From: a virus | Lineage: Duplodnaviria > Caudoviricetes | Length of the DNA: 39,142 bases | IMG/VR virus record: IMGVR_UViG_3300009502_000110 | Span: 1 to 39,142 of that record | Direction: 5' to 3' (one strand) | Part shown: positions 1 to 9,448 of the stretch, piece by piece | Layout: each line of letters starts with the position of its first letter | Position numbering within the stretch: position 1 is the stretch's first letter | Notes under the pieces: generated by a model | The model's database searches: none | What the model was told of the DNA's origin: nothing | What the model saw: only the letters and a program-made list of their open reading frames with translations | Program-made: the position numbers and the translations under genes

Positions 1-78
1 GCGGTGATGGAACAGTTCAACCGGGATAAGCAGCCAGCAGTCCCGTCAATGCCAACTGAGCCGGTCGCGGTTGGTTAA
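1..78 (+). CDS. 3' end of a truncated upstream gene, possibly a holin (LL-H-like C-terminus)
   Basis: Open frame from base 1 to TAA at 76-78 (AVMEQFNRDKQPAVPSMPTEPVAVG). 'AVxxFN' resembles the end of LL-H-type holins. Only 25 codons are visible. Confidence 0.25.
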   Translation, partial: AVMEQFNRDKQPAVPSMPTEPVAVG

Positions 79-80
79 GG

Positions 81-452
81 ATGACTGGAATGACACCTCC
101 TGGTAGACGAGTAAGCGATAGCGATAACCTGGCAGCGCTGCAGCCGCAGATCGACATGTTGGGAGAGAAAGTGGACAGAGGCTTCGGCGAGCTAAAGGAA
201 ATGCTGCGGAGTTTCGACGAGCGCCTGCGCAAAACTGAGCAGGCCCAGGCTGGATGCCAGCCATTGGTCGAAATGAAGGTAAACGCTGCCTGGAAGAAAC
301 TGGACGAGCACGACGAAGCCATCACGAACATGACCAAGAGCGTTGACAAGCTGTCCGAAATCGGCAAATGGCTGCTGGGCATCATCACGGCCATGATCAT
401 ATCGTTCCTGATCGCCCTGGTGACCGGGCGCGTGGATCTGTTAATCAAGTAA
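81..452 (+). CDS. Coiled-coil protein with C-terminal TM helix (XhlA/holin-like)
   Basis: Heptad-rich N-terminus followed by hydrophobic WLLGIITAMIISFLIALV; immediately upstream of terminase. Confidence 0.55.
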   Translation: MTGMTPPGRRVSDSDNLAALQPQIDMLGEKVDRGFGELKEMLRSFDERLRKTEQAQAGCQPLVEMKVNAAWKKLDEHDEAITNMTKSVDKLSEIGKWLLGIITAMIISFLIALVTGRVDLLIK

Positions 453-461
453 GGAATACCC

Positions 462-1076
462 ATGCAAATTAAAAATGATCGCCTCAGAAACCTCGAACTC
501 AGACCGAGTGATTATGAATTTGAGCAATCCACGATGTTTGACGTGGATGACTACGAGCTGGAGGAAGGGGAAATCAGCCAGGCGGAAGCGCGTCTGCGCA
601 GCGAGACCGCCCGGAAGGCGCTCGGCGAATCGGACGAACTGCCAGCCTGGTACGAGGAATATATCAAGCTGCTGCAGGGTGGCAGGCCGTGGCGCATGGC
701 GGCCTATATCGCCTGGGCCAGCATGCCGAAAAACAAGCGCATCCCCAAAACCCAGAAGGAGCTGGCCACCGAGATATTGGGGCTGACCAGTGACCGGCAG
801 ATCATCAAATGGCGCACCAAAGATCCATCTCTTATGGAGATGGTGACCAACCTACAGGCGGCCAAGCTGTTGGAGCACCGCGCAAATGTATTTGACGCGC
901 TGATCACCTCGGCTGAGAAACCGGATTACAAGTCTCACAATGACCGCAAGCTGTTCCTGGAATTGACCGGCGATTATGTGCCATCCAGCAAGATCGATGC
1001 GATCCTGAGCCGTTCGGCGGGCGCGGGTTATGAAAACGATTCAACAGTTTCCCTGGAGAACCTGGTTGATGGATAA
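462..1076 (+). CDS. terS: Terminase small subunit (HTH)
   Basis: HTH-like KTQKELATEILGLTSDRQIIKWR and KLFLELTG motifs; AAGGA RBS; overlaps the TerL start. Confidence 0.75.
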   Translation: MQIKNDRLRNLELRPSDYEFEQSTMFDVDDYELEEGEISQAEARLRSETARKALGESDELPAWYEEYIKLLQGGRPWRMAAYIAWASMPKNKRIPKTQKELATEILGLTSDRQIIKWRTKDPSLMEMVTNLQAAKLLEHRANVFDALITSAEKPDYKSHNDRKLFLELTGDYVPSSKIDAILSRSAGAGYENDSTVSLENLVDG

Positions 1077-2703
1077 AAAATTGAGCAGAGTGGAAGAAGC
1101 GCGCCGTGAGCTGGCACGCCGGGAACTGGCCCGGCGTGATCTGTTGCGTTTTGGCCAATATATGAATCCCAATTTTCGGATATACCGCCACCAGCAGATC
1201 ATTGCCAGGTATCTGACGCAGGTGATTGAGTATGTGGAAACACGCGGATTAAGCGGGATCGGACGATTGATGATCGAGACCCAGCCCCAGGTTGGCAAAT
1301 CGCTGGTGGCCAGCAATCTATTTCCGGCCTGGGCGCTTGGGAATCACCCGGATTGGAAGTTCATCCTGACCAGTTACAACGACAGCCGCGCCCAGGGCAA
1401 CAGCAAGGCGGTACGCGACCTGGTGAATGACCCGCGTTACCGGAACATCTTTGGCGATAAATCCACCAAGGGTGAAGAACCGGTCAAGCTTAGTTCTGAT
1501 TCGCGCTCTGTGGGTGAATGGAGCCTGGCGGCTCCGCATCACGGCGGGGTGTTTTCGGCAGGTGTGGGCGGCGGTATCACTGGCCGCAGCGCGCATGTGG
1601 TTTTGATCGACGATCCGTTCAAGAGCCGTGAAGAGGCCGAAAGCGAAGGGCGCCGCGACCTGGTGGCAGATTGGTACGAGTCCCAGGTCTACAGCCGCCA
1701 ACAGGCAGGCATGGCCATCATCCTGTTCCACACCCGTTGGAGCGCGGATGACCTGGCCGGGCGCATGATCCGCAGCATGGTGACCAACCCGGCCGCGGAT
1801 AAGTGGGAAGTGTTGGCTATGCCAGCCCTGGCGTTGGGCGCTGAAGATTACCCGGCGGATGTGGAAAGCCAGCGCAAGCTGATGCTGGATGGCGTTTACC
1901 TACCGCTGGTCGATCCATTGGAGCGGGCAGCCGGTGAGGCGTTGTGTCCTGAAATGCTGAGCCGCGAGATGCTGGAAAATATCCGCGACAATATGAATAT
2001 TTACAACTGGCAAAGCCTTTACCAGCAAATGCCCTTCATTCGCTCGGGCGGCAAGTTCAAGCGCAACTGGTTTTCGGTGGTGGATAAGCTGCCGGATGAT
2101 GTGCGCTTTGTGAAGTCGGTCTGGTACTGGGATCAGGCAGGCAGCAGCGGAGCGGGTGATTATTCGGTGGGTGTGCTGATGGGGCTGGACACGGAACGCA
2201 GGATATGGGTACTACTGGTGATACGCGGGCAGTGGTCGACCTATGAACGCCGCAATCAGATGCGCCTGGCTTATCTGACAGCGCGTGAACGTTTTGGCAG
2301 CCGATTACCGGTAGCGCAGCTCTGGCACCCGCAGGACCCGGGCAGCGCAGGCCTGGACAGCGCCAGGGATACCAACAAGGCGTTGGCAGGGCTGCCCGCG
2401 CACTTTGAACCGGTGAGCGGCGACAAGGAAACGCGCGCGGATCCGTGGAGCAGCGCGCTGGAAGCCGACAACGTGCGCCTGCTGAAAGCGTCCTGGAACC
2501 AGGCTTTTATTGATGAGCATTTATCCTTTCCGAAGGGCCGCAATGACGACCAGGTGGATGCCGCCAGCAGCGCCTACAACAAATTGAGCGGCGAGATTGA
2601 GACCGGCATGGCCGCGTTTGCCCGCCAGCAGCTCGAAGCCCATAAGGCACTTCTTGAAAAACAAAAGGAAACAACAAATGGAATCAACCCCAACCAAAAT
2701 TGA
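1069..2703 (+). CDS. terL: Terminase large subunit
   Basis: Walker A-like QPQVGKS, GVGGGITG, Walker B VVLIDDP, TRW motif, nuclease WDQA and C-terminal NDDQVDA. Start placed at ATG 1069 behind GGAG. Confidence 0.95.
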   Translation: MDKKLSRVEEARRELARRELARRDLLRFGQYMNPNFRIYRHQQIIARYLTQVIEYVETRGLSGIGRLMIETQPQVGKSLVASNLFPAWALGNHPDWKFILTSYNDSRAQGNSKAVRDLVNDPRYRNIFGDKSTKGEEPVKLSSDSRSVGEWSLAAPHHGGVFSAGVGGGITGRSAHVVLIDDPFKSREEAESEGRRDLVADWYESQVYSRQQAGMAIILFHTRWSADDLAGRMIRSMVTNPAADKWEVLAMPALALGAEDYPADVESQRKLMLDGVYLPLVDPLERAAGEALCPEMLSREMLENIRDNMNIYNWQSLYQQMPFIRSGGKFKRNWFSVVDKLPDDVRFVKSVWYWDQAGSSGAGDYSVGVLMGLDTERRIWVLLVIRGQWSTYERRNQMRLAYLTARERFGSRLPVAQLWHPQDPGSAGLDSARDTNKALAGLPAHFEPVSGDKETRADPWSSALEADNVRLLKASWNQAFIDEHLSFPKGRNDDQVDAASSAYNKLSGEIETGMAAFARQQLEAHKALLEKQKETTNGINPNQN

Positions 2704-4444
2704 CTTGACCGCCAAAGCACAGGCCTTGATGCGTCTGCATGATTCGGCGAATGCCTTCATGAGCCAGAACAGCCTGTTCAACCCTGGGACGCCCCCCACA
2801 CCCATGTTTGGCGATGAAGAACCGCACATGTACCAATACCTGCCGGGCATCAACCTGATGTACATACCGCGCGCAGGGTACGGCGCACTGCCCTTTGGGG
2901 CGCTGCGGGCGTTGGGCGCTGCCTCGAAGGAAATACGACTGAATATTGAGCTGATCAAACGCCAGGTGCGCGGGATGGAATGGGAGATCGTGCCGAACGC
3001 CCGTTTCTCCAAGGCTTCGCCGGTGATGGTGAACGGTACCGCCTACGAGAAAGCGGTTGAGACGCAGTCTGTGATTGATTTCTTCGAGTTCCCGGACGGC
3101 GTGAACGATCATGACGCCTGGATGAACATGCTGATCGAGGAAATGCTGGTGACAGACGCGGTGACGCTGTATCCGAACATGAGCAGCGGGCAGCTTGTCC
3201 TGGAATTGATCGATGGCACCACCATCCGGCCGCTGGTAGATTTCCGCGGTGGGCTGCCAAAAAGCCCGGCACCGGCATACATGCAGGTTCTGCACGGCAT
3301 TCCGACCACACATTACCCGGCGGATGCGCTGATCTACCGGCCGCTGAACACCAAGGTTTACACACCCTATGGCGAAAGCCCGATTGAATGGGTGCTGACC
3401 GCCATCAATACCGCCATCCGCCTGGATGCCCAGAAGATCGGTTACTTCACGGATGGGAACATCCCGGGCGCTTTTGGCTTCCTGCCGGAGAACTGGACAC
3501 CGGAGCAGATCCAGGTCTGGACGGAGTATTTCAACGCGCTGGGACAGGGCGATTTGAACCGCGCCAATAAGATCATCTGGCTGCCAGGCGGGAACGGCAG
3601 TTCCAACCCGGTCTATCCCTTCCAGCAGCATGACCTGACCCACACCGAGATCGACAAGTATTTGATGGAGGTGGCCTGCTGGGCATTCGGGAACGCACCA
3701 GCGGAGTTTGGGATTGTGCCAGGCGCCGGGCTGGGCGGGAAATCGTTCATGGCGGCCAGCGGAGAGCTGCAGATGCGTTCGATGATCTGGCCGATCACCG
3801 GATATTTGCACAGCCTGTTCAACCTGATCATCAACAAGTATTTGAAGCGGCCGGATTTGAAATTCCAGTGGGTGGGATTGGACCCGGTACCGGACAAGCT
3901 GAACATGGCGCAGGTGGATCAGATCTATATCGAGATGGGCGCTTACGACCTGCCGTATGTGCAGGATCGGCTGGGAGTGCCGAATAATTTCAGACCGGCA
4001 AAGCCAGCGGCACAAGCGGCGGGAGCACTGCCGAAGGCTGGGGTACTTCCAGGAGCGAATAGGGCGGATGCCATCCGCTCCAACGGGGCAGGAGAAGGGC
4101 GACCCAGTGGGTTGCCCCAACAGGCGACTAACCCGTCCCGTGCTGAAACCGGGACTAACCCATATTTCACGCGGGCGGTGAAGGCTGACCTGGGCATCTG
4201 GAAAGAAAAGGTGGTCAGGGCCATGAAGAAGAACTGGCCGATGCCAGGCTTTGAAAGCGAGGTGATCCCATCTGCTCTCATGCTTGAAGTCAAGCATGCT
4301 TTGAACAAGGTCAAAAGCCCGGATGAAGTGACAGCGATCTTTGAGAAAGCCAGTTCCAATTTGGAAAAGATAGCCGTCGTCGAGGAGGTCGATGGCAGCC
4401 AGCCCTTTTTTCGTAAAAGCTACGGACGACGGGCATACCCATAA
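2678..4444 (+). CDS. Portal protein
   Basis: Follows TerL; LIDGTTIRP and YGESPIE portal motifs, FGxxPxEFG. Start at ATG 2678 with AAAGGA RBS. Confidence 0.9.
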   Translation: MESTPTKIDLTAKAQALMRLHDSANAFMSQNSLFNPGTPPTPMFGDEEPHMYQYLPGINLMYIPRAGYGALPFGALRALGAASKEIRLNIELIKRQVRGMEWEIVPNARFSKASPVMVNGTAYEKAVETQSVIDFFEFPDGVNDHDAWMNMLIEEMLVTDAVTLYPNMSSGQLVLELIDGTTIRPLVDFRGGLPKSPAPAYMQVLHGIPTTHYPADALIYRPLNTKVYTPYGESPIEWVLTAINTAIRLDAQKIGYFTDGNIPGAFGFLPENWTPEQIQVWTEYFNALGQGDLNRANKIIWLPGGNGSSNPVYPFQQHDLTHTEIDKYLMEVACWAFGNAPAEFGIVPGAGLGGKSFMAASGELQMRSMIWPITGYLHSLFNLIINKYLKRPDLKFQWVGLDPVPDKLNMAQVDQIYIEMGAYDLPYVQDRLGVPNNFRPAKPAAQAAGALPKAGVLPGANRADAIRSNGAGEGRPSGLPQQATNPSRAETGTNPYFTRAVKADLGIWKEKVVRAMKKNWPMPGFESEVIPSALMLEVKHALNKVKSPDEVTAIFEKASSNLEKIAVVEEVDGSQPFFRKSYGRRAYP

Positions 4445-5573
4445 TGGAAAGGGCGCACGCCATGCGCCCCAACCGGAGCCTTATCACCCGGAATATGAGA
4501 AGAACGGGGTGAAGGGCGCGCTGGAAGAGATTGAAGGCAAATTAGCCAGGAGACTTTACCAGTGGTTCGAGGAACTGATCAAGCATTTATGCCGGGATGA
4601 AGTGCAGAAGGTCAATGCCGGGCAGGTACTGGCGGTGATGGATGATGGCGAATGGTGGCAATTTGAGAGCGATCTGCTGCAGCAGATTTTGACGGATGGA
4701 AGTGTAGAAGCCGCAGCGCGGGGCAAGCTGACTGTTGAACGCCAGTTGGGTATATCGCTTTCATGGGATTATTTGCAGCCCGCGGTGACAGCCTGGGCAT
4801 CAGAAAATGCCGGGAACCTGGTTACCAATGTAACGGATGGTATCAAGGATGATATTCGTTCGCAAATTATCCAGGGATTGAGTGATGGAAAAACAGTTTT
4901 TGAAATCCGCGACGAGCTGCAGAACCTGACGGATGACCAGGGCCAGCGGGTTTTCAGCCAAAGCCGGGCCGAGACGATTGCGCGCACCGAGGTGATCCGG
5001 GCACACACGCAAGGTGCGATCAAGAGTTACATTGATAGCGGCATGGTGCGCGGTCTTAAATGGCTGGATGGGCAGAGTGGCGCCTGCCTGGATTGCCAGG
5101 CGTTGAATGGCGTGATCAAGCCGATTGGTGAGCCTTTCTTTTTTGACCCCACTTTTGGAGATGGCCAGCTCCCGCGCCACCCGAACTGCCGGTGCGCCAT
5201 TGCGCCGGTGACGATTGATCAGGCCAGGAAGATGGATGACCCGGCTTTGAACAACGATCTGCGTGACAGCATCGACCAATTGACCGACATCAATACTTAC
5301 ACCAATGTCAATGGCGTGCGCGTGACTGGCGAACGGGTACGGCACTGGCAAACAAGACATCCGCAAAAACCTATCCGACTGGATGACATTGTCCAAACGC
5401 TTGTAAATCCTGAGCGTGTCACCAATCGTAATGATGAAAACGTCTGGATGTATGGAAAATATCCTGAAAAAAGTGATATTGGGAATAATCTTTGGATAAG
5501 GGTTGTTATCAATAATAGCAACCCGTCATCCCCCTATGTTGTGACTGCTTACGTAACTGATGATTTAAATTAA
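4392..5573 (+). CDS. MuF/SPP1 gp7 head morphogenesis protein with C-terminal BECR/RelE-like extension
   Basis: RAETIARTE, CxxC and HPNCRC MuF motifs, then about 100 aa with ERxxHWxxRH, LxNP and VVTAY typical of phage BECR-type nuclease domains. Confidence 0.85.
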   Translation: MAASPFFVKATDDGHTHNGKGARHAPQPEPYHPEYEKNGVKGALEEIEGKLARRLYQWFEELIKHLCRDEVQKVNAGQVLAVMDDGEWWQFESDLLQQILTDGSVEAAARGKLTVERQLGISLSWDYLQPAVTAWASENAGNLVTNVTDGIKDDIRSQIIQGLSDGKTVFEIRDELQNLTDDQGQRVFSQSRAETIARTEVIRAHTQGAIKSYIDSGMVRGLKWLDGQSGACLDCQALNGVIKPIGEPFFFDPTFGDGQLPRHPNCRCAIAPVTIDQARKMDDPALNNDLRDSIDQLTDINTYTNVNGVRVTGERVRHWQTRHPQKPIRLDDIVQTLVNPERVTNRNDENVWMYGKYPEKSDIGNNLWIRVVINNSNPSSPYVVTAYVTDDLN

Positions 5574-5695
5574 AAAAATTGTGTTGCACATGCTTGCGCG
5601 GGGCATGTATCTCCTTGCGGTGTGCTTTATGCGAGCAATTGCACCAGCAACACAATCTTTAAAGTAATTATAGCATAGCCGAATCGAGGTTCAAT

Positions 5696-6307
5696 ATGAT
5701 ACATAAAATCATAGAAATCCAGGGGCTGGAGAACCTGGTCAAACAGATTGGCGACATGGGAAATGTCAACGATAAAATTTACCTTCCCATCAAGGATACC
5801 ATTACCAAATCCGTTCTCTTGCTGGAAGCTCAAATCAAGGAAAATCTGACAGCGAATGACAGCGTTGGATCATCTGGTAATTTACGAGATGCCATTCATC
5901 ATGGCGTGGAAGTCAGCGATGATGCGATCATTGGTCTGGTTGGGTCAGGCGGAATTCCGTATGCTCAATATGTGGAATACGGAACCGGTCCGGCTGCTGG
6001 ACACCAGGCTTATACCCCACCACTATCCATTACACGGCCTGGCCAACCTCTCTATAAGTGGGTGGAAACCAAACACCTGGTAGGTGTATATAACCTGAAA
6101 ACCCAACGGCGCATTGGCAGTAAGCAACAGAACATCGATGAAAACCAGAAGGCCGCGCGGGCTATATGGGCGGGTATCCGCAAGAACGGCACCCAGCCGC
6201 ACCCGTATTTCTTTGTAGCGCTGGATCAGAAACGAGAGGAGATCAAGGATCTGTTCAAGAAAGCTGTCAAAGAAGTGGCGGAGAGCATCAGTAAAGGCCG
6301 CCGATAA
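5696..6307 (+). CDS. HK97 gp10-like protein
   Basis: IxGLExL start, SGNLRDAI, YAQYVEYGTG and GTQPHPYF motifs. Confidence 0.8.
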   Translation: MIHKIIEIQGLENLVKQIGDMGNVNDKIYLPIKDTITKSVLLLEAQIKENLTANDSVGSSGNLRDAIHHGVEVSDDAIIGLVGSGGIPYAQYVEYGTGPAAGHQAYTPPLSITRPGQPLYKWVETKHLVGVYNLKTQRRIGSKQQNIDENQKAARAIWAGIRKNGTQPHPYFFVALDQKREEIKDLFKKAVKEVAESISKGRR

Positions 6308-6315
6308 GCCAGAAG

Positions 6316-6513
6316 ATGATCGATAACCTGGTCACCAATTTTTTTTATGAATGGGTCAGGATGGAAGTCAATATCACTCAGATGGTCAAGGCACAACATG
6401 AACATGCCCTGGGAACGATCGTCCCGGAAGAAGAAGCAAAAACGCTCATGTTTACGCCGATCCCACCCTTGAAAGTTGACTCTTTTAAAATTCAGGGAAA
6501 TGCTGTACAATAA
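6316..6513 (+). CDS. Small hypothetical protein
   Basis: 65-aa ORF fills the gap in operon direction; weak RBS. Confidence 0.35.
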   Translation: MIDNLVTNFFYEWVRMEVNITQMVKAQHEHALGTIVPEEEAKTLMFTPIPPLKVDSFKIQGNAVQ

Positions 6514-6568
6514 TTCTATATTCAACGGTTGAATGTTCAACCGCCCCCATAACAGCAGACGGAAGCAT

Positions 6569-6619
6569 AAGCGCCTGGAATGAAGTTGGCAAAAGCCATC
6601 ACATTCCAGGCGCTTTTTT
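6569..6619 (+). terminator. Intrinsic terminator-like hairpin before the capsid module
   Basis: AAGCGCCTGGAATG (6569-6582) pairs with CATTCCAGGCGCTT (6602-6615), followed by a T run. Confidence 0.7.
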
Positions 6620-6685
6620 ATTTTCGGGCGGACGCCGTTCCGGCAAAAACATCCGGGACAAGTGTCCACCCCAACAGGAGCAATT

Positions 6686-7831
6686 ATGACGATGCAAAAG
6701 TTCTTATCCCTTCAAAAAGTTGACCTGGAGAAACGCCAGGTGTGGGGATACGCGGCCATCGAACAACCAGATGGCGGCAAACCACCCGAGATCATGGACT
6801 ATGCCAAAAGCAAGCCCAACTTTGAACGATGGTCCAAGACCATTGAAAAAGCTTCGCAGGGCAAAAGCCTTGGAAATGTGCGCGCCATGCACGGCGGCCA
6901 GTTGATGGCGGTCGGGCGGGTGATCGAATTTGATCCGCGCGATGTGGAGAAGGCAATCTACGTGGGCGTTGAAATTGTGGATGACGCCGCCTGGGAGAAG
7001 GTCCAGAAGGGCGTGTACTCCGGCTTCAGCATCGGCGGCCGTTACGGCGAGAAGTGGTCTGACCCACTGCTCAAGGGTGCGGTGCGCTATGAGGCCATCC
7101 CAACCGAGATCAGCCTGGTAGACAGCCCGTGCATCCCGGACGCGACCTTTGAAGTGATCAAGGCGGATGGATCCAACGAGCTGCGCAAGTTCGCCAATCC
7201 AAACGAAGATACAGCCAATGAAAATCAATCAGCCCAGGCTGAATCAACAGACAAGACAGCGGAACCGGCCAGCGAACCCAACCAGCAGCCCGACAGCGCT
7301 TCCAGCGAAGCGGATGGGCAAACAGAGCCTGATGGAGATGAGGCTGAACTGGATGTGGAAGCGGTCAAAGCCATTGTCATTGATCTGTTGATGTCACTGG
7401 GGCTGGTGGAAGCCAAGGGCGCACAACCGATGAGCATGGCCATGCGCATGGATGAGATGCAGAAGCAGATCGGCGAAACCAAAACCTGGGCGCAAACCTT
7501 GCGCCCCAACGAGACAGCCGATTTGCAGAAAGCCTTATCCGATCAAAAGACGGCCTTTGAAGGACAGATCGAGACGTTGAAGAAGACCATCAGCAGCGAC
7601 CTGGCGCAGATCGCCATCTCGGTTGAAACCCTCGAGAAGCGCGGTTCCTCTGGTCCCGTGCTGCGCGATCTGGGTGCGATCACTCCGCAGGCCATGGCTG
7701 AGATGCAGAAGGCGACTGTCCTGAAAGACATGCTCAAGCGCGAAAACGACCCGACCACCCGCCAGGCTTTACAGGCTGAAATCACGCGCCTGGAAATCAA
7801 GGCGGTTCAAACCCAACCTGCAAAACTTTAA
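6686..7831 (+). CDS. Prohead protease (XkdF/HK97-like) fused to scaffold
   Basis: VRAMH, GVYSGFSIGG and EISLVDSP protease motifs, acidic linker, coiled-coil C-terminus; AGGAG RBS before ATG 6686. Confidence 0.85.
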   Translation: MTMQKFLSLQKVDLEKRQVWGYAAIEQPDGGKPPEIMDYAKSKPNFERWSKTIEKASQGKSLGNVRAMHGGQLMAVGRVIEFDPRDVEKAIYVGVEIVDDAAWEKVQKGVYSGFSIGGRYGEKWSDPLLKGAVRYEAIPTEISLVDSPCIPDATFEVIKADGSNELRKFANPNEDTANENQSAQAESTDKTAEPASEPNQQPDSASSEADGQTEPDGDEAELDVEAVKAIVIDLLMSLGLVEAKGAQPMSMAMRMDEMQKQIGETKTWAQTLRPNETADLQKALSDQKTAFEGQIETLKKTISSDLAQIAISVETLEKRGSSGPVLRDLGAITPQAMAEMQKATVLKDMLKRENDPTTRQALQAEITRLEIKAVQTQPAKL

Positions 7832-7856
7832 CCCTGATCCTTAGGAGATCAAAACC

Positions 7857-9380
7857 ATGTTAGAAAATCTTTCGCAACTGTCCCAGGAAGCCGTGGCTGA
7901 ATTCAAGAAAGCGGTTTCCGCGCCTGATAATGGCATCCTGGCCAAGACCGGCGTAACCCAGGCCACCGGCCTGGTGGCATACAACCTGCAGGCTCCGGCC
8001 AAGAACCTCTTCCCAGTACTGACCCCCATCCGCAACAAACTGCCGCGCAAACCAGGCAACGCCGGTACTGGCGCCAACTGGAAGCGCGTGACGGCCATCA
8101 ACACCAACAGCCTGCGGGGCTTCGTGCCGGAAGGCAGCCGCAACGGCGTCATGGCCATTGCAACCGATGATAAATCCGTGCCGTTCAAGACCATCGGTAT
8201 GGAAGACGCCATCACTTACGAGGCCGAACGGGCCGCGCAGGGTTTTGAAGATATCCGCGCCACCCAGGCCCAGCGCCTGCTGTGGGCCACCATGCTGGAA
8301 GAAGAATTCGCCATTCTGGGCAGCAACCTGTCCGTGGCGCTCGGCACTCCCACCGCTCCGACCGTTGTAGCAGCGGATGCGGACAGCGGCACGATCGGTG
8401 CGCAGGCGGGCGGTTATGACTGCGCGGTTGTAGCCCTGACGCACGCCGGTTACCTGGCTTCCTCACTGGCGGGCGGGGTTGTGCAGCAAGTCTCCGTCAC
8501 CCCGGCAGATGGCGGCGCGGCCTTCACCTACGGCGGTGGCTCCAGCGCGCTTTCAGCCATCACTACCTCAGCCGCCACCAGCGGCGGAGCCAGCACCCTC
8601 AAGCTCAGCACCCCGGTTGTAGCGGGGGCCGTGGCCTATGCCTGGTATGTGGGCGTGCATTCGGCGGCCATGAAGCTGCAGGCCATCACCACCATCAACA
8701 GCGTCAAGTTGACGGCCGTCACCACCACTCACCAGGCATCCAGCGCCATCACCGCTGATTACTCGCTGAATCTGCTTGGGTATGACGGCATTCTCTCATC
8801 GGCCTGGGCCAGCGGCTCGAATGCCTATATCTATAACATGGCCACCGGCACAGCCGGAACCGGGACCGGTCTGACCGCTGATAACGCGGGCGGCATCTCG
8901 GAAATTGACGCCATGCTGGAGAGTATGTGGACAAACTACAAGTTAGGCCCAACCACGCTGTACGTCAACGCGCAGGAAGCCGTCAACATTACCAAGAAAC
9001 TGCTGAAAGCGCCTTCCAACGTTGGCAGCGGCGGCGTGGTTGTGCCCTTGATGGGTGTCGCCGCTGGTGGAGATTTCACGGCCGGTGCCATGGTCAGCAA
9101 GTACCTGAACAAATATGCCATGGGCGGCAACAGCAAGTTCATCCCGATCGAGATTCACCCATGGCTGCCTGCCGGTACTATGGCGGCCGTGACCGAACAA
9201 CTGCCCTACCCGATCAACAACGTTCCAAACGTGATGGAAATGTTGATGCGCCAGGATTACTACCAGATCGAGTGGCCGCAGCGCACCCGCAAGTACGAAA
9301 CCGGTGTGTACGCGGATGGCGCCTTCGCGCACTACTTCCCGCCCAGCCTGGGCATCATCACCAACATCGCCAACGCCTGA
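7857..9380 (+). CDS. Major capsid protein with inserted beta-rich domain
   Basis: Position after protease, strong AGGAG RBS, TPIRNKLPR and EEEFAILG motifs, C-terminal GIITNI. Central Ala/Thr/Gly-rich insertion starts at GTPTAPTV. Confidence 0.85.
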   Translation: MLENLSQLSQEAVAEFKKAVSAPDNGILAKTGVTQATGLVAYNLQAPAKNLFPVLTPIRNKLPRKPGNAGTGANWKRVTAINTNSLRGFVPEGSRNGVMAIATDDKSVPFKTIGMEDAITYEAERAAQGFEDIRATQAQRLLWATMLEEEFAILGSNLSVALGTPTAPTVVAADADSGTIGAQAGGYDCAVVALTHAGYLASSLAGGVVQQVSVTPADGGAAFTYGGGSSALSAITTSAATSGGASTLKLSTPVVAGAVAYAWYVGVHSAAMKLQAITTINSVKLTAVTTTHQASSAITADYSLNLLGYDGILSSAWASGSNAYIYNMATGTAGTGTGLTADNAGGISEIDAMLESMWTNYKLGPTTLYVNAQEAVNITKKLLKAPSNVGSGGVVVPLMGVAAGGDFTAGAMVSKYLNKYAMGGNSKFIPIEIHPWLPAGTMAAVTEQLPYPINNVPNVMEMLMRQDYYQIEWPQRTRKYETGVYADGAFAHYFPPSLGIITNIANA

Positions 9381-9398
9381 TCCCGCTAACCCTATAAC

Positions 9399-9428
9399 GG
9401 GGGCAGTCATCGCAAGGTGGCTGCCCCC
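9399..9428 (+). promoter_or_regulatory. GC-rich GCAA-tetraloop hairpin after the capsid gene (mRNA stabiliser or attenuator)
   Basis: GGGGGCAGTCATC-GCAA-GGTGGCTGCCCCC, no U tract. Confidence 0.55.
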
Positions 9429-9448
9429 AGACCAAGACGGAGATCGAA

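Noticed and set aside
2684-4297. 537-aa minus-strand ORF
   Set aside because: Antisense shadow of the portal gene; no motifs, expected from GC-biased codon usage.
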